Shown here one piece after another: positions 9,784 to 20,328 of a stretch of DNA of 64,000 nucleotides. The notes beneath the pieces are model-generated. The model made no database searches. It was not told where the DNA came from and saw only the letters and a list, made by a program, of their open reading frames with translations. Origin of the DNA: a virus; the IMG/VR virus record IMGVR_UViG_3300017917_001946, positions 4,468-68,467 of that record; one strand, written 5' to 3'. The position numbers and the translations under genes were made by a program. Each line of letters starts with the position of its first letter. Position 1 is the first letter of the stretch.

Positions 9784-12700
9784 ATGGCAACAAACTTTCC
9801 AGAGGACTTAGATTCCTTTATAAATCCGCAACCTACGGATTCAGTTGCCGCTGTCTCACATGCAGCCCAACATGCCAACACTAATGATGCTATAGAGGCA
9901 TTACAGACTAAAGTTGGTGTTGATGGTTCACAAGATGTAAACTCTTTAGATTATAGAATAGCAAACCTTGAAAATGCATCAGTAGATACAGAATCTATTC
10001 AAGATATAGTATTTAACGTATTAAACGCTGGAACCCATACAAACATAAACGTCGTTTATGATGATGAAAATAATAAGATTAACCTGGAAGCAACCTATGG
10101 CGATGAACAGGTAATAGATGCTATTGCGACTGCATTAACAGCAGGTTACGGTATTACAAAAACTTATAATGATTCTGAAAATGTAATTGTAGTTGAAATA
10201 AATACAGATCAAATTGCTACCCAGGATTATGTAGATGCAGCAATATCAGCACTTGTAGATGCAGCTCCAGGACTTTTAGACACATTAAATGAAATAGCTG
10301 CAGCAATTGGAGACGATGCAAATTTTGCTACTACAATTAATAATGCTATTTCTTCAGCAATAACAACGGCTACAAATAACGCTAAAGATTATACTGATCA
10401 AGAAATTTCTGCTTTATCTACAGTCTATGACCCACTTGGATCTGCTACAACTGCAGAAACAAATGCCAAAAATTATGCAGATGGCCTAGCAGTAAATTAT
10501 GACCCAGCAGGTTCTGCAGCTACCGCTGAAGAAAATGCAAAAGATTATGCAGACGGATTAGCATCAAACTATGATCCAGCTGGAGCGGCAGCAACGGCAG
10601 AAGCAAACGCCAATCAATATACAGATAATCAAATAAGCAATCTCACAACAGACAGTTTACTTGAAGGTTCAAATAATAAATATTTTACAGATGAAAGAGC
10701 ACAAGATGCTGTAGCAGATGCTCTTGTTGGCGGAACGCATACAAATATTACTGTAGTCTATGATGACGTAAATGGTCACATTAATTTATCTGGAACAGCA
10801 ACTGTAAGTACAGAAGAAATATTAGATGCAGTAGCAACAGCACTTACTGCTGGATACGGCATAGTAAAAGAATATGATGATCCAAATGATACCATTACTA
10901 TTTCAATTGATACAAATTCAATTGCTACACAGTCCTATGTAAATAATGCCGTAGCAGACCTAGTTGACTCATCTCCGCTTTTATTAGACACATTAAAAGA
11001 AATTGCTTCTGCAATTAATGACGATCCTAATTTTTCTAATACAGTTAATACAGCAATAGCCAATGCTATATCTACTGCAAATCAATATACTGATACTCAA
11101 ATTTCAGGACTATCTACTGTATATGAGCCAATTAATAGTACATCTACTCATAGTAATTTAACAAGCGGAATTCATGGCGTTACTGGAAATATTGTTGGAA
11201 CTAGTGATTCTCAAACGCTTACAAATAAAACTATGGGCGATGACCTACTTATGGATGGAAATCAAATAAGTGGATTAGGTACTCCTACTCAAGCAGATCA
11301 TGCAGCCACAAAAGCATATGTTGATTCATTTACAGAAGGTTTGCACGTACATGCTTCTGCACATGTTGCAACTACAACTAATTTATCATCATTTATAGGT
11401 CTAACATCATTAACCATAGACGGACACACAGTACAAGATCAAGAAAGAGTACTTGTAAAAAATCAGTCGAATCCAGCAGAAAACGGTATATACGTATATG
11501 ATTCAACTTTAGAAACTTTAACAAGAGCACTAGACTATAATCAAGCATCCGAGATTGATGCTGGAGACTTTATATTTGTATCAAATGGCAATACTTATAA
11601 TAATACTGGGTGGGTTCAAGAAAATAATATAGTAACACTTGGAACAGATGCTATATCTTGGATACAATTCTCAGGTGCTGGAACATATCTAGCTGGTAAT
11701 GGTTTAATACTAGATGGTAATACATTTACAATAGATGATTCTATTACAGCAACTAAATCATATGTAGACACTCAAGATGCCGCAACATTATCTTCTGCAA
11801 ATAACTATACAGATGCAGCAGTAGCAAGCCTTGGAAATGATGTTGAAGCTGGATATATTCCTATTAGCGAAAAGGCCACAGCTGGCGGAGTGGCATCATT
11901 GAACTTATCTGGCAAGGTTCCAGATACTCAATTAGATATTAATGAAAGAATTCAAGATGTAGCTGCTGGAATGATAGTAAATGGTACTCATACAAATATT
12001 ACCGTTTCCTATAACGATAACACAGGAACTTTAAGCTTTACTGGTGCAACAGGCGGTGGTGGAGGAGTAACATTAACTCAAGAACAAATTCAAGATTATG
12101 TTGCACCACTGTTTGCACATAATGGACATACTAATATTACAGCAACGTATGATGATATAAATGATAGAATTATATTAGCTGGCTCCCAAGGTGGTGGCGG
12201 TGGCCCTGCATATATGACAATTTCTGCAAATCCTCCAGCTGAAGCTGGAAACGGAGATTTGTGGTTAGACAACGATAATGGAAAAACATATGCATTTGAT
12301 GGAGAATTTTGGGTAGATATAAGTGGCGGCGGACTATACGCACTAGAAACTTCAACATATACAAATGAAAATGCAATGGATGCAGTTGCTGGTGCATTAC
12401 TAGCAGGAACACATACAAATATATCTGTTTCATATAATGACTCTTTAAATAAAATTAGTTTGTCTGGATCTCCAACATATACAGATGAACAAGCAGTGGA
12501 TGCTGTAGCATCTTCAATAGTAGCTGGATTTGGAATAACAAAGTATTATAGTGACCCAGATGATACTATTACCTTATCTATAGATACAAACTCTCTTGCA
12601 ACTAAAGAATATGCAAATTTAGCAGTTGTAAATCATGAAAATGATACTACAAATGTACATGGAATTGCTGATACATCATTACTTGCTACAAAAGCATATG

Positions 12701-13341
12701 CAGATAATTCTGCTCAAGTAGCTGCAACAGCTGCAGTAAGCTCTATATTAGATTCTGCACCATCAACATTAAATACTTTAAATGAATTAGCTGCAGCAAT
12801 TAATGATGATGCATCTTATGCTAGCACTATTACAACGGCTTTAGGAACTAAATTAAATATAACAACTGCAGCTCTAACATATGCGCCATTAAATTCTCCA
12901 ACATTTACTGGAACTGTAAATGGAATTACAAAATCAATGATTGGGCTAAGCAATGTAGATAATACATCAGATTTAAATAAACCTATTTCAACTTCTACAC
13001 AAAATGCATTAGATCTAAAAGCTCCAATTGCTTCACCAACATTTACTGGAACAGTTAATGGTATTACAAAAGCAATGGTTGGACTAGGAAATGTAGATAA
13101 TACTACAGACTTGTTAAAACCTATATCAACAGCAACACAAACAGCATTAGATTTAAAGGCACCATTAAATTCAGCAACATTTACTGGTGTAATAACACTA
13201 CCAAGCTCAACATCAATTGGAAATGTGTCAGCTACAGAAATAGGATATTTAGATGGAGTAAGTTCATCTATTCAAACACAATTGAACGCAAAAGCGTCAA
13301 CAGGAAAGGCTATAGCAATGGCTATAGTTTTCGGAGGATAA
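9784..13341 (+). CDS. Long mosaic fibre/stalk protein (1185 aa)
   Basis: Repeated GTHTNI-x-V-x-Y-x-D, AGYGI-x-K-x-Y, LDTL-x-EIA-x-AI-x-DD, YDPAGSAA and GL-x-NVDNT modules; ends KAIAMAIVFGG. Confidence 0.8.
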   Translation: MATNFPEDLDSFINPQPTDSVAAVSHAAQHANTNDAIEALQTKVGVDGSQDVNSLDYRIANLENASVDTESIQDIVFNVLNAGTHTNINVVYDDENNKINLEATYGDEQVIDAIATALTAGYGITKTYNDSENVIVVEINTDQIATQDYVDAAISALVDAAPGLLDTLNEIAAAIGDDANFATTINNAISSAITTATNNAKDYTDQEISALSTVYDPLGSATTAETNAKNYADGLAVNYDPAGSAATAEENAKDYADGLASNYDPAGAAATAEANANQYTDNQISNLTTDSLLEGSNNKYFTDERAQDAVADALVGGTHTNITVVYDDVNGHINLSGTATVSTEEILDAVATALTAGYGIVKEYDDPNDTITISIDTNSIATQSYVNNAVADLVDSSPLLLDTLKEIASAINDDPNFSNTVNTAIANAISTANQYTDTQISGLSTVYEPINSTSTHSNLTSGIHGVTGNIVGTSDSQTLTNKTMGDDLLMDGNQISGLGTPTQADHAATKAYVDSFTEGLHVHASAHVATTTNLSSFIGLTSLTIDGHTVQDQERVLVKNQSNPAENGIYVYDSTLETLTRALDYNQASEIDAGDFIFVSNGNTYNNTGWVQENNIVTLGTDAISWIQFSGAGTYLAGNGLILDGNTFTIDDSITATKSYVDTQDAATLSSANNYTDAAVASLGNDVEAGYIPISEKATAGGVASLNLSGKVPDTQLDINERIQDVAAGMIVNGTHTNITVSYNDNTGTLSFTGATGGGGGVTLTQEQIQDYVAPLFAHNGHTNITATYDDINDRIILAGSQGGGGGPAYMTISANPPAEAGNGDLWLDNDNGKTYAFDGEFWVDISGGGLYALETSTYTNENAMDAVAGALLAGTHTNISVSYNDSLNKISLSGSPTYTDEQAVDAVASSIVAGFGITKYYSDPDDTITLSIDTNSLATKEYANLAVVNHENDTTNVHGIADTSLLATKAYADNSAQVAATAAVSSILDSAPSTLNTLNELAAAINDDASYASTITTALGTKLNITTAALTYAPLNSPTFTGTVNGITKSMIGLSNVDNTSDLNKPISTSTQNALDLKAPIASPTFTGTVNGITKAMVGLGNVDNTTDLLKPISTATQTALDLKAPLNSATFTGVITLPSSTSIGNVSATEIGYLDGVSSSIQTQLNAKASTGKAIAMAIVFGG

Positions 13342-13342
13342 A

Positions 13343-13702
13343 ATGGCAGCACCAAATATAGTAAATGTTACAACAATTACTGGCAAGACGGCAGTCCTAG
13401 CACCAACAACTGTTGCAACAGATATTGTTGCAAATGCTGCTGCTAGCAACACTGTTGTAAAAATTAATAATTTAATTATTTCTAATATTAATGGAACATC
13501 TGCAGCAACAATTACTGCTAGTGTATATAGGTCTACAACAGAATTTAAGGTAGCACATGTTGTATCTGTTCCACCAGGAGCATCTATAGTTGTATTAGAT
13601 AAATCTTCTTCTATTTATTTAGAAGAAGGTGATTCTTTAAGATTAACAGCTTCTGCCAACGCATTCTTGCATGCAGTATCTTCATATGAAATTATAGGAT
13701 AA
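13343..13702 (+). CDS. ~110-aa beta-sandwich adaptor protein (copy 2)
   Basis: MAAPNIVNV..VVKINNLIISNING..IYLEEGDSL..SYE. Confidence 0.7.
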   Translation: MAAPNIVNVTTITGKTAVLAPTTVATDIVANAAASNTVVKINNLIISNINGTSAATITASVYRSTTEFKVAHVVSVPPGASIVVLDKSSSIYLEEGDSLRLTASANAFLHAVSSYEIIG

Positions 13703-13703
13703 A

Positions 13704-14498
13704 ATGGGTAAATTACATACCAGTATTGGAAAGTATTTAGGATTTTCTGGTACATATAACAGTGGTGGACTTTTTAAGCTGAATGAATTAAATCAGTTTA
13801 CAATACCATCTACTGGCCTTATACTACACCTAGATGCAGGATCTAAAAGATCATATCCTGGTACTGGTACAGTTTGGTATGATTTAAGTCCCAGTGGATA
13901 TCATTTTAATATTGTTGCAAAAGCATATCAAGATATTGGTCCTAAATATATGGACTTTAATGGAACAACTGGAATTGCAAAGTCTCAAATTTCAACGGAA
14001 ACTGCAGCACCAGCATCTTATACAATTTTAGTATGGACAAGAATTAGAAATAGTACAACTCAATGGAGAACTTTAACAAGACCTTATACTGGAGATCACG
14101 TAGTTATATGTGAAGACGGTTCTTGGCGTGTAGGAATGTATGATAATGATGCAGCAGGATTTTTAGATAGTGGATTTTTACAAACAAATTTTCCAGGACA
14201 AGGAACTGGAACATGGATGTTTTTACACTTAAGAATAAATAATATTTCTAGTCCATACTGGCAAATGAGTTATAACAATACTCCAAATACAATAAGATCT
14301 TCCATAACAGATTCAAGGGCATATTCACAAAGAATCTTAGGAAATATAGGTGGATGGGGAGACAGCGACACAACTAATCCATCTTTATCTAGTCAATGGT
14401 GGGGAGATATAGCACAATATTATATGTACAATAGAACATTATCAAATGATGAAATTTTACAAATATTTAATTCAACAAGAAATAGGTTTGGTATATGA
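13704..14498 (+). CDS. Concanavalin A/LamG-like lectin-domain protein
   Basis: GLILHLDAG..SYPGTGTVWYDLS..FNG..YNRTLS-x-DEI-x-Q-x-FN. Confidence 0.8.
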   Translation: MGKLHTSIGKYLGFSGTYNSGGLFKLNELNQFTIPSTGLILHLDAGSKRSYPGTGTVWYDLSPSGYHFNIVAKAYQDIGPKYMDFNGTTGIAKSQISTETAAPASYTILVWTRIRNSTTQWRTLTRPYTGDHVVICEDGSWRVGMYDNDAAGFLDSGFLQTNFPGQGTGTWMFLHLRINNISSPYWQMSYNNTPNTIRSSITDSRAYSQRILGNIGGWGDSDTTNPSLSSQWWGDIAQYYMYNRTLSNDEILQIFNSTRNRFGI

Positions 14499-15274
14499 CA
14501 AATAGAGGAATTATCGGATCAAATCAAATACTAAACACTTCATTACAAAGCGGTATTTGGAATATTGAAGAAAGAGTAGATTTTATAAACAATGATACTG
14601 CTAATGGTAGAGATATTATAACTTATGGACTTATTCTTCGTTTAGATGCAAGCAATATAAATTCATATCCTGGAACAGGATCAACTTGGAATGATCTTTC
14701 TTATGGATCATTTAATGGATCCTTAACAAATTCACCTGGATTTGATTCTTCTGACGGAAGAGGTTCTTTAACATTTAATGGCACAAATCAGATGATTACT
14801 GGAGTTCATAATACAACTTTAGAAACAACTGGAAATATGACATCAGATGTTTGGTTTAAAATTTCCGTAAATCCAGGAGACTGGGTAAGAGTTCTTGGAA
14901 AAGGAGATGCAACAAATAGAACACATGGATTATGGTACAACATGGGAGAATCCTACTTTTTATTTCAAAGATATGGAGCATCAGGAATGAATGTTCTATA
15001 TTCAACAACAGTTTCAACTAACGTTTGGTACAACCTTGTTGGCGTTACAGACGGTACGAATAATTATTTATACGTAAACGGCTCTCTTGTTGGAACAACT
15101 GTTGGGCCAGCAACATATCTTACGTCTACCCAGCCATATACATTAGCGTATCATGGAGGAATACATGCTTACCATAATGGAAAAATTGGAGAAGCAAGGC
15201 TATATAATCGCCCATTGAGTGCAACAGAAGTATTAAAAAATTTTAATGCATCAAGATGGAAATATGGTATATAA
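14495..15274 (+). CDS. Concanavalin A/LamG-like lectin-domain protein
   Basis: GLILRLDA..SYPGTGSTWNDLS..WYNLVGV..LYVNG..LYNRPLSATEV. Confidence 0.85.
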   Translation: MTNRGIIGSNQILNTSLQSGIWNIEERVDFINNDTANGRDIITYGLILRLDASNINSYPGTGSTWNDLSYGSFNGSLTNSPGFDSSDGRGSLTFNGTNQMITGVHNTTLETTGNMTSDVWFKISVNPGDWVRVLGKGDATNRTHGLWYNMGESYFLFQRYGASGMNVLYSTTVSTNVWYNLVGVTDGTNNYLYVNGSLVGTTVGPATYLTSTQPYTLAYHGGIHAYHNGKIGEARLYNRPLSATEVLKNFNASRWKYGI

Positions 15275-15292
15275 TATATAGATAGGAGAATT

Positions 15293-15571
15293 ATGGCATC
15301 ATCATTTGGATTACCTTCTAACCCTACAATTGGAGATACTCATGTAGTGGGAGATAGCACCTATGTATGGACAGGGGTAGTTTGGAATCAAGTAACCAAT
15401 CAAGTAACCCAAGAACAAGTTCAAGACATCGTTGCTCCTTTATTAGTCCATAATAATCATACAAATATAACTGCAAGTTATGATGATATAAATAATCTTA
15501 TTTTGCTTAACGGATCTTCAGGCGGAGGAGGAGGAGCCACGGATATAGCCCTTATAATTGGCTTATCATAA
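15293..15571 (+). CDS. Mini-stalk protein
   Basis: P-x-NPTIGD..YVWTG-x-VW N-terminus, one HTNITASYDD module, ends GGGGATDIALIIGLS. Confidence 0.7.
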   Translation: MASSFGLPSNPTIGDTHVVGDSTYVWTGVVWNQVTNQVTQEQVQDIVAPLLVHNNHTNITASYDDINNLILLNGSSGGGGGATDIALIIGLS

Positions 15572-15592
15572 AAGGCATAGTATAATAACAAT

Positions 15593-15925
15593 ATGGCAAC
15601 TTTCAGCAATTTAAAGGCACATGCGGTAGGAACTACCGAAGTAACCATTGCCAATATAATTAGTCCAACAGTCTTAACTGGCTGTAATTTTGCCAATATA
15701 ATTGGTTCGTCAGCATCAATATCTTTATACGTAGATAATATCGATGAGGTGGAAGAAACAACTACAACATATTATATTGTAAAGGATAAAAGTGTGTTGG
15801 GAAACGAAAATTTAGATGTAATTTCGGCCAACAAAATATTTTTAAAAAATGGAGACATCTTAAAGGCTAAGGCCACAGTCCAAGCCTCTTTTGATATTCT
15901 AATCTCCACCATGGATGGTATTTAA
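15593..15925 (+). CDS. ~110-aa beta-sandwich adaptor protein (copy 3)
   Basis: VLTGCNFAN..YIVKD..KIFLKNGDILK..FDILIS; ATG 7 nt after TATAAT. Confidence 0.7.
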   Translation: MATFSNLKAHAVGTTEVTIANIISPTVLTGCNFANIIGSSASISLYVDNIDEVEETTTTYYIVKDKSVLGNENLDVISANKIFLKNGDILKAKATVQASFDILISTMDGI

Positions 15926-16167
15926 TGAACACAGATTTTGAAATCTTAGACCTCAGCTTTGCTGATAAGACCTTCTATGGCTTTAGATATAACAATGCGA
16001 CTGGAAAGCTCATTGTCGAAAGAATAAATGACGGTTCCCCCGTAAAATTACCTGATGATAATGTCCTAAATAGAGACGATTATAAGACTTGGATTTGGAC
16101 AAAACATACGGTACAATTTGAGTGGGACCAAAACCAAAAGACTAACCTGTTAATGGAGATACTATGA
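15925..16167 (+). CDS. Hypothetical virion protein
   Basis: Coupled ORF with FYGFR motif. Confidence 0.6.
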   Translation: MNTDFEILDLSFADKTFYGFRYNNATGKLIVERINDGSPVKLPDDNVLNRDDYKTWIWTKHTVQFEWDQNQKTNLLMEIL

Positions 16168-19100
16168 CACAACTTATTGACCTAGGCAAGATCAGATTCT
16201 ACTTTGCTGGCCTATGGGACGACACAACAACTTATGAATTAAACGATGTAGTTAAATACGGCGGTAACGTATATATTTACATATATGCACTAGCATCAGA
16301 AGGTCATTTGCCAACAGATGAAAATTACTGGGCATTAATGATCGAAGGTATCAAGTTTACAGGTGTTTGGGATGACGAAACAGAATATCGTGTAGGTGAT
16401 GGAGTTGCTTGGGGTGGTAAGGTATACATCTCAATTAAAACAGGTTCAGGTCATACTCCGCCAAATGCAACATACTGGTCACAATTTGCAGACGGTATTC
16501 AGTATGAAGGAGCATGGTCAACAACTGTTAATTATCAAAAGAATGATATTGTAACATATGGACCTGATGTATTTATTGCTAAGCAAGATAATACAAATCA
16601 AAATCCATCATTAACCCCAGCATACTGGGATCCGTTTGTATCTGGCGTAGACGCAACAGGAGTATGGAATCAAGCAACAGCATATAAGCCAAATCAATTA
16701 GCAGCTTATGGTTCAAGAATTTATTTATCTTTAACAAACAATACAAACAAGATACCATCACAAAATCCATCTGATTGGACACAATTTATTGATGGTCTTC
16801 GTGCAATGGGCGTTTATAGCTCAGCAACACAATATCACGTAAATGATATTGTAACTTATGGTTCAACAGTTTATATTGCAAAAGGCGATACGATTAATCA
16901 TACCCCAACAGATACAGCATATTGGGATATTTTAACTTCTGGTACAACATACAAGGGAGTTTGGGCAGCATCAACAGAGTATCTTGGCGGAGATATTGTA
17001 CAATGGGGTGGCAATACATATATTACAGATACATTCCACTCATCTTCACCAGCATTTTCTACAGATAAAGATGTTTACTGGGAAAAGTATAACTCAGGAA
17101 TCCGTTATCGTGGAGCATGGGCAGAAGAAACATTCTATATTGAAGGCGATGTTGTAAATGACGGAGAAAATGCACGAATTGCACTCGTAGACCACACATC
17201 ATCAAATTTCTTGCTTGACGATGAAGAATACTGGGATATTTTAGCAAAAGGTGCTACTGGTCTTCTACCAGGACAAGGTGGTAAAGCTGGTTATGTACTT
17301 AGTACAGACGGAGCAGAAGCGTCATTTGAAAGAGATGTAACAAACCTATACTTCGGTGACGGTGCACGTACATTTATCGAAGGTCCAGCAGCATTAACAG
17401 ATGTTGCAACTGCAGCAGCATGGGACACAGAAAGCTTTGCACAAGCAGTAGTTATTAATAATTTAGACACATCAACAGGCGATGGAGCTGCTCAATCAGC
17501 AGACTTTATTGCTTACACAGGAGACTCAACAAACGCATATGGTTGGGCAGATCTTGGATTCACAGGTAAAAACTTTACCGCATCAGAATTTGGTGTTACT
17601 GGCCCTGGAGACGGATATGTATTCGCTCAAGGATTTGAACCTTTAACCGCAGTAATTTCTGGAAAACAATTGGCTTCAAATGTTGCAACAATTACAACAT
17701 CTGCAGCACACGGATTTACAACAAACAAAAAAGTAAGAATTGAAGGAGTTGGAGCTCCGTTTGATGGACTACATGTAATTACAAATGTAACATCAACAGA
17801 GTTCAGTTTTGCTAAAACAGCAGACGATGTCGTTGCTGGTGGCGCTACAGGAACTGCCTCGATGTACTTTGGTGACGGAAACCTTGTCCTTGCAACAGGA
17901 GACGGTGGAGCACAAAATAAAATTATTATTGCCGCTGGAGGATTTGCTTCAGGTAATGAACAAATTTCTATTACTCCAGATCAAAACGTACATATTGAAA
18001 TTGCAACAGCTTCAACAAGTGCTACAACAGGTGCACTAACAGTCGTTGGTGGTGTCGGTATTACTGGAGACCAATATATTGCTGGTGACCTAACAGTTAT
18101 TGGAAACGTAGACTTGCAGGGAGTTACAAAGCTTCCAGTAGGTGCTGGAGCAACAGCATATGAAATTTCAGCAGGACTTACAGATGCAGTTATTATTGCA
18201 GCTGGTACATCTAGCTCATTCGTACAAAATGCTATAGTAAACCTTGGAGTAGGAACTTCTACATCTGCAGACTATATTGCATATGCAGCAGAAGGAGATA
18301 ACGTATCAGGTTGGATTGATATGGGTATCACAGGAGCCAACTTCAACGACGAATCATTTGGCGTAACTGGTCCACACGATGGATATCTATTTATGTCAGC
18401 TCCAGAAGGAACAACGGGATCTGGTAACCTTGTAATTGCAACAGACAATACAGGTACAGAAAATAAGATTATCCTTGCAGCTGGTGGTTTGTTTACTGGT
18501 AATGATCAAGTAACAATTACACCAAACCAAAATGTACACATTGAAATTGCAACACCTTCCGTTTCACCTACAACAGGTGCATTAACAATAGTCGGTGGAG
18601 TTGGTATCTCTGGAGACGTTAACGTAGCAGGTGCAGTTAATATTGCTGGTGAAATTACATTCGGCGGATCAGGAACAGTTGTAGAAACTGAAAACCTTGC
18701 AGTTGTAAATCCAATGGTATTCGTTGCTAGCGGAAACCCAACAGGAGACGGATTAACATTCGCATTCCTTGGAGAATCTCGTTCACAACGTACATTGACA
18801 TTATCAGAAACAGTGACTTTCCGCTCAGCATCAAATAACGTAGCAACAATAGTAACAGGCACAACACACGATTATGAAGTAAATGATACAGTAGTAATTA
18901 CTGGTGTTGATGATCTAGCTTCTATATCAGTTGTTATTGTATACGAAGTTACAGGTTCAACAACTGCTAAAATTACAACATCTGCAGCACATGGATTGTC
19001 AGCAGGACAATCAATTACTGTATCTGGTGTAGCAGCAACAGTTAACGGAACATATACAATTGCTACAGTTCCATCAACAACAACTTTAACATATACAGTA

Positions 19101-20327
19101 TCATCAACAAGCAACGTTGCCCCATCACCAGTATCTGGTCTAGTACAACGTGTAAGCTTGCCAAACGTATATAACGGAAGTTATACAATTACTGAAGTTC
19201 CAACACCAACAACATTCAGATACGCTAGAACAATTCCAGATGAAGGAGTTGTAGCACCTAGCCGTACATATCCAACAGTAGTAAGTTATTCATTAACAAA
19301 CGGTGTTGTCACACTTGTACTTAATGACGTACCGCAGGCAATTGTTGGAGACTCAATATTAGTTGCTGGAGTAACATCATTATTAAATGGTACAAGAACA
19401 GTGACAGCAAGAAGCACATCAGTTCCGTACTCAATATCATTTGCAAGAGCACTTGACAATATTACATCTACAACATTAACAACATCAGTGGTTGCAAATA
19501 TTATTAGTCGTAACCGTACAAGTGGTGTTGCTACACTTACAACAAGTGCTACACACTCATTCGTACCAGGACAATCAATTGTAGTTGCTAACGTATCAGG
19601 AACATTCGATGGTACATATACAATTACAGCAGTTACAGGCACAACAATTTCATATGCACAAGCACTTTCAGATGTTATTGAAACAGCTGGAACTGGTGGC
19701 ACTGCAACAGCAACATACCCAAGCTATGGATCATATAAGCTTCTAGGATATCTAGGTGCTGCTGTTGTAACTAACCCATTCCGTGGACAATACACAGGAC
19801 TTGCACGTAACCAAGGAAACCAGAAATGGTACTTGGTCGGAGGAATTGCAAATAAGCCTTCAAATACAATTGACTTCTCAGTTCCAGGAACAACCTTCAC
19901 TAGAGAAGATCTAAACGTAGATACACTTGAAGCAAGAATGGTTATGTTGGATAAAGATCCGTGGAGATCAACAGATGCCATTAACTATAATACATTTAAC
20001 ATGACTCCTTCTGTCTTAACATCTAGCACAACACTAGTTGCAAAAAGATATGGTAACATTACAGAAGGATATGTACATGCTACAGGTCATTACATGCTAG
20101 CATTAACAGCAACTGGACAGACATTAACTCTTCCAGCTTCTCCTCTAATTGGAGACACAATAAAAATTACTGATATAGCAAATAACTGTGCTAGATTTAC
20201 TCCAACTATTTCACGAAACGGTGAATTAATAGAGGGTCAAGCCGAAGATATGTCATTTAATTTAAGCAATGAGAGCATTACATTAGTATACTCAAATACA
20301 AACAACGGATGGAGAATAGTGAGATAA
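16164..20327 (+). CDS. Large adhesin/fibre (1387 aa): carbohydrate-binding-type repeats, duplicated core, inserted small beta-barrel domains, C-terminal fibre module
   Basis: About 7 G-x-W....Y..(N/G)D.V.YG repeats; duplicated SAD(F/Y)IAY..GW.D.G.TG..FGVTGP.DGY.F; TTSAAHG domains; LTLPASPLIGD..ISRNG..GW. Confidence 0.8.
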   Translation: MTQLIDLGKIRFYFAGLWDDTTTYELNDVVKYGGNVYIYIYALASEGHLPTDENYWALMIEGIKFTGVWDDETEYRVGDGVAWGGKVYISIKTGSGHTPPNATYWSQFADGIQYEGAWSTTVNYQKNDIVTYGPDVFIAKQDNTNQNPSLTPAYWDPFVSGVDATGVWNQATAYKPNQLAAYGSRIYLSLTNNTNKIPSQNPSDWTQFIDGLRAMGVYSSATQYHVNDIVTYGSTVYIAKGDTINHTPTDTAYWDILTSGTTYKGVWAASTEYLGGDIVQWGGNTYITDTFHSSSPAFSTDKDVYWEKYNSGIRYRGAWAEETFYIEGDVVNDGENARIALVDHTSSNFLLDDEEYWDILAKGATGLLPGQGGKAGYVLSTDGAEASFERDVTNLYFGDGARTFIEGPAALTDVATAAAWDTESFAQAVVINNLDTSTGDGAAQSADFIAYTGDSTNAYGWADLGFTGKNFTASEFGVTGPGDGYVFAQGFEPLTAVISGKQLASNVATITTSAAHGFTTNKKVRIEGVGAPFDGLHVITNVTSTEFSFAKTADDVVAGGATGTASMYFGDGNLVLATGDGGAQNKIIIAAGGFASGNEQISITPDQNVHIEIATASTSATTGALTVVGGVGITGDQYIAGDLTVIGNVDLQGVTKLPVGAGATAYEISAGLTDAVIIAAGTSSSFVQNAIVNLGVGTSTSADYIAYAAEGDNVSGWIDMGITGANFNDESFGVTGPHDGYLFMSAPEGTTGSGNLVIATDNTGTENKIILAAGGLFTGNDQVTITPNQNVHIEIATPSVSPTTGALTIVGGVGISGDVNVAGAVNIAGEITFGGSGTVVETENLAVVNPMVFVASGNPTGDGLTFAFLGESRSQRTLTLSETVTFRSASNNVATIVTGTTHDYEVNDTVVITGVDDLASISVVIVYEVTGSTTAKITTSAAHGLSAGQSITVSGVAATVNGTYTIATVPSTTTLTYTVSSTSNVAPSPVSGLVQRVSLPNVYNGSYTITEVPTPTTFRYARTIPDEGVVAPSRTYPTVVSYSLTNGVVTLVLNDVPQAIVGDSILVAGVTSLLNGTRTVTARSTSVPYSISFARALDNITSTTLTTSVVANIISRNRTSGVATLTTSATHSFVPGQSIVVANVSGTFDGTYTITAVTGTTISYAQALSDVIETAGTGGTATATYPSYGSYKLLGYLGAAVVTNPFRGQYTGLARNQGNQKWYLVGGIANKPSNTIDFSVPGTTFTREDLNVDTLEARMVMLDKDPWRSTDAINYNTFNMTPSVLTSSTTLVAKRYGNITEGYVHATGHYMLALTATGQTLTLPASPLIGDTIKITDIANNCARFTPTISRNGELIEGQAEDMSFNLSNESITLVYSNTNNGWRIVR

Positions 20328-20328
20328 T

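Noticed and set aside
18506-19981. Minus-strand ORFs of 80-186 aa here and at 31841-32401, 40571-40888 and 52013-52498
   Set aside because: Antisense shadows of Thr/Ala/Val-rich plus-strand genes; no RBS or recognisable motifs
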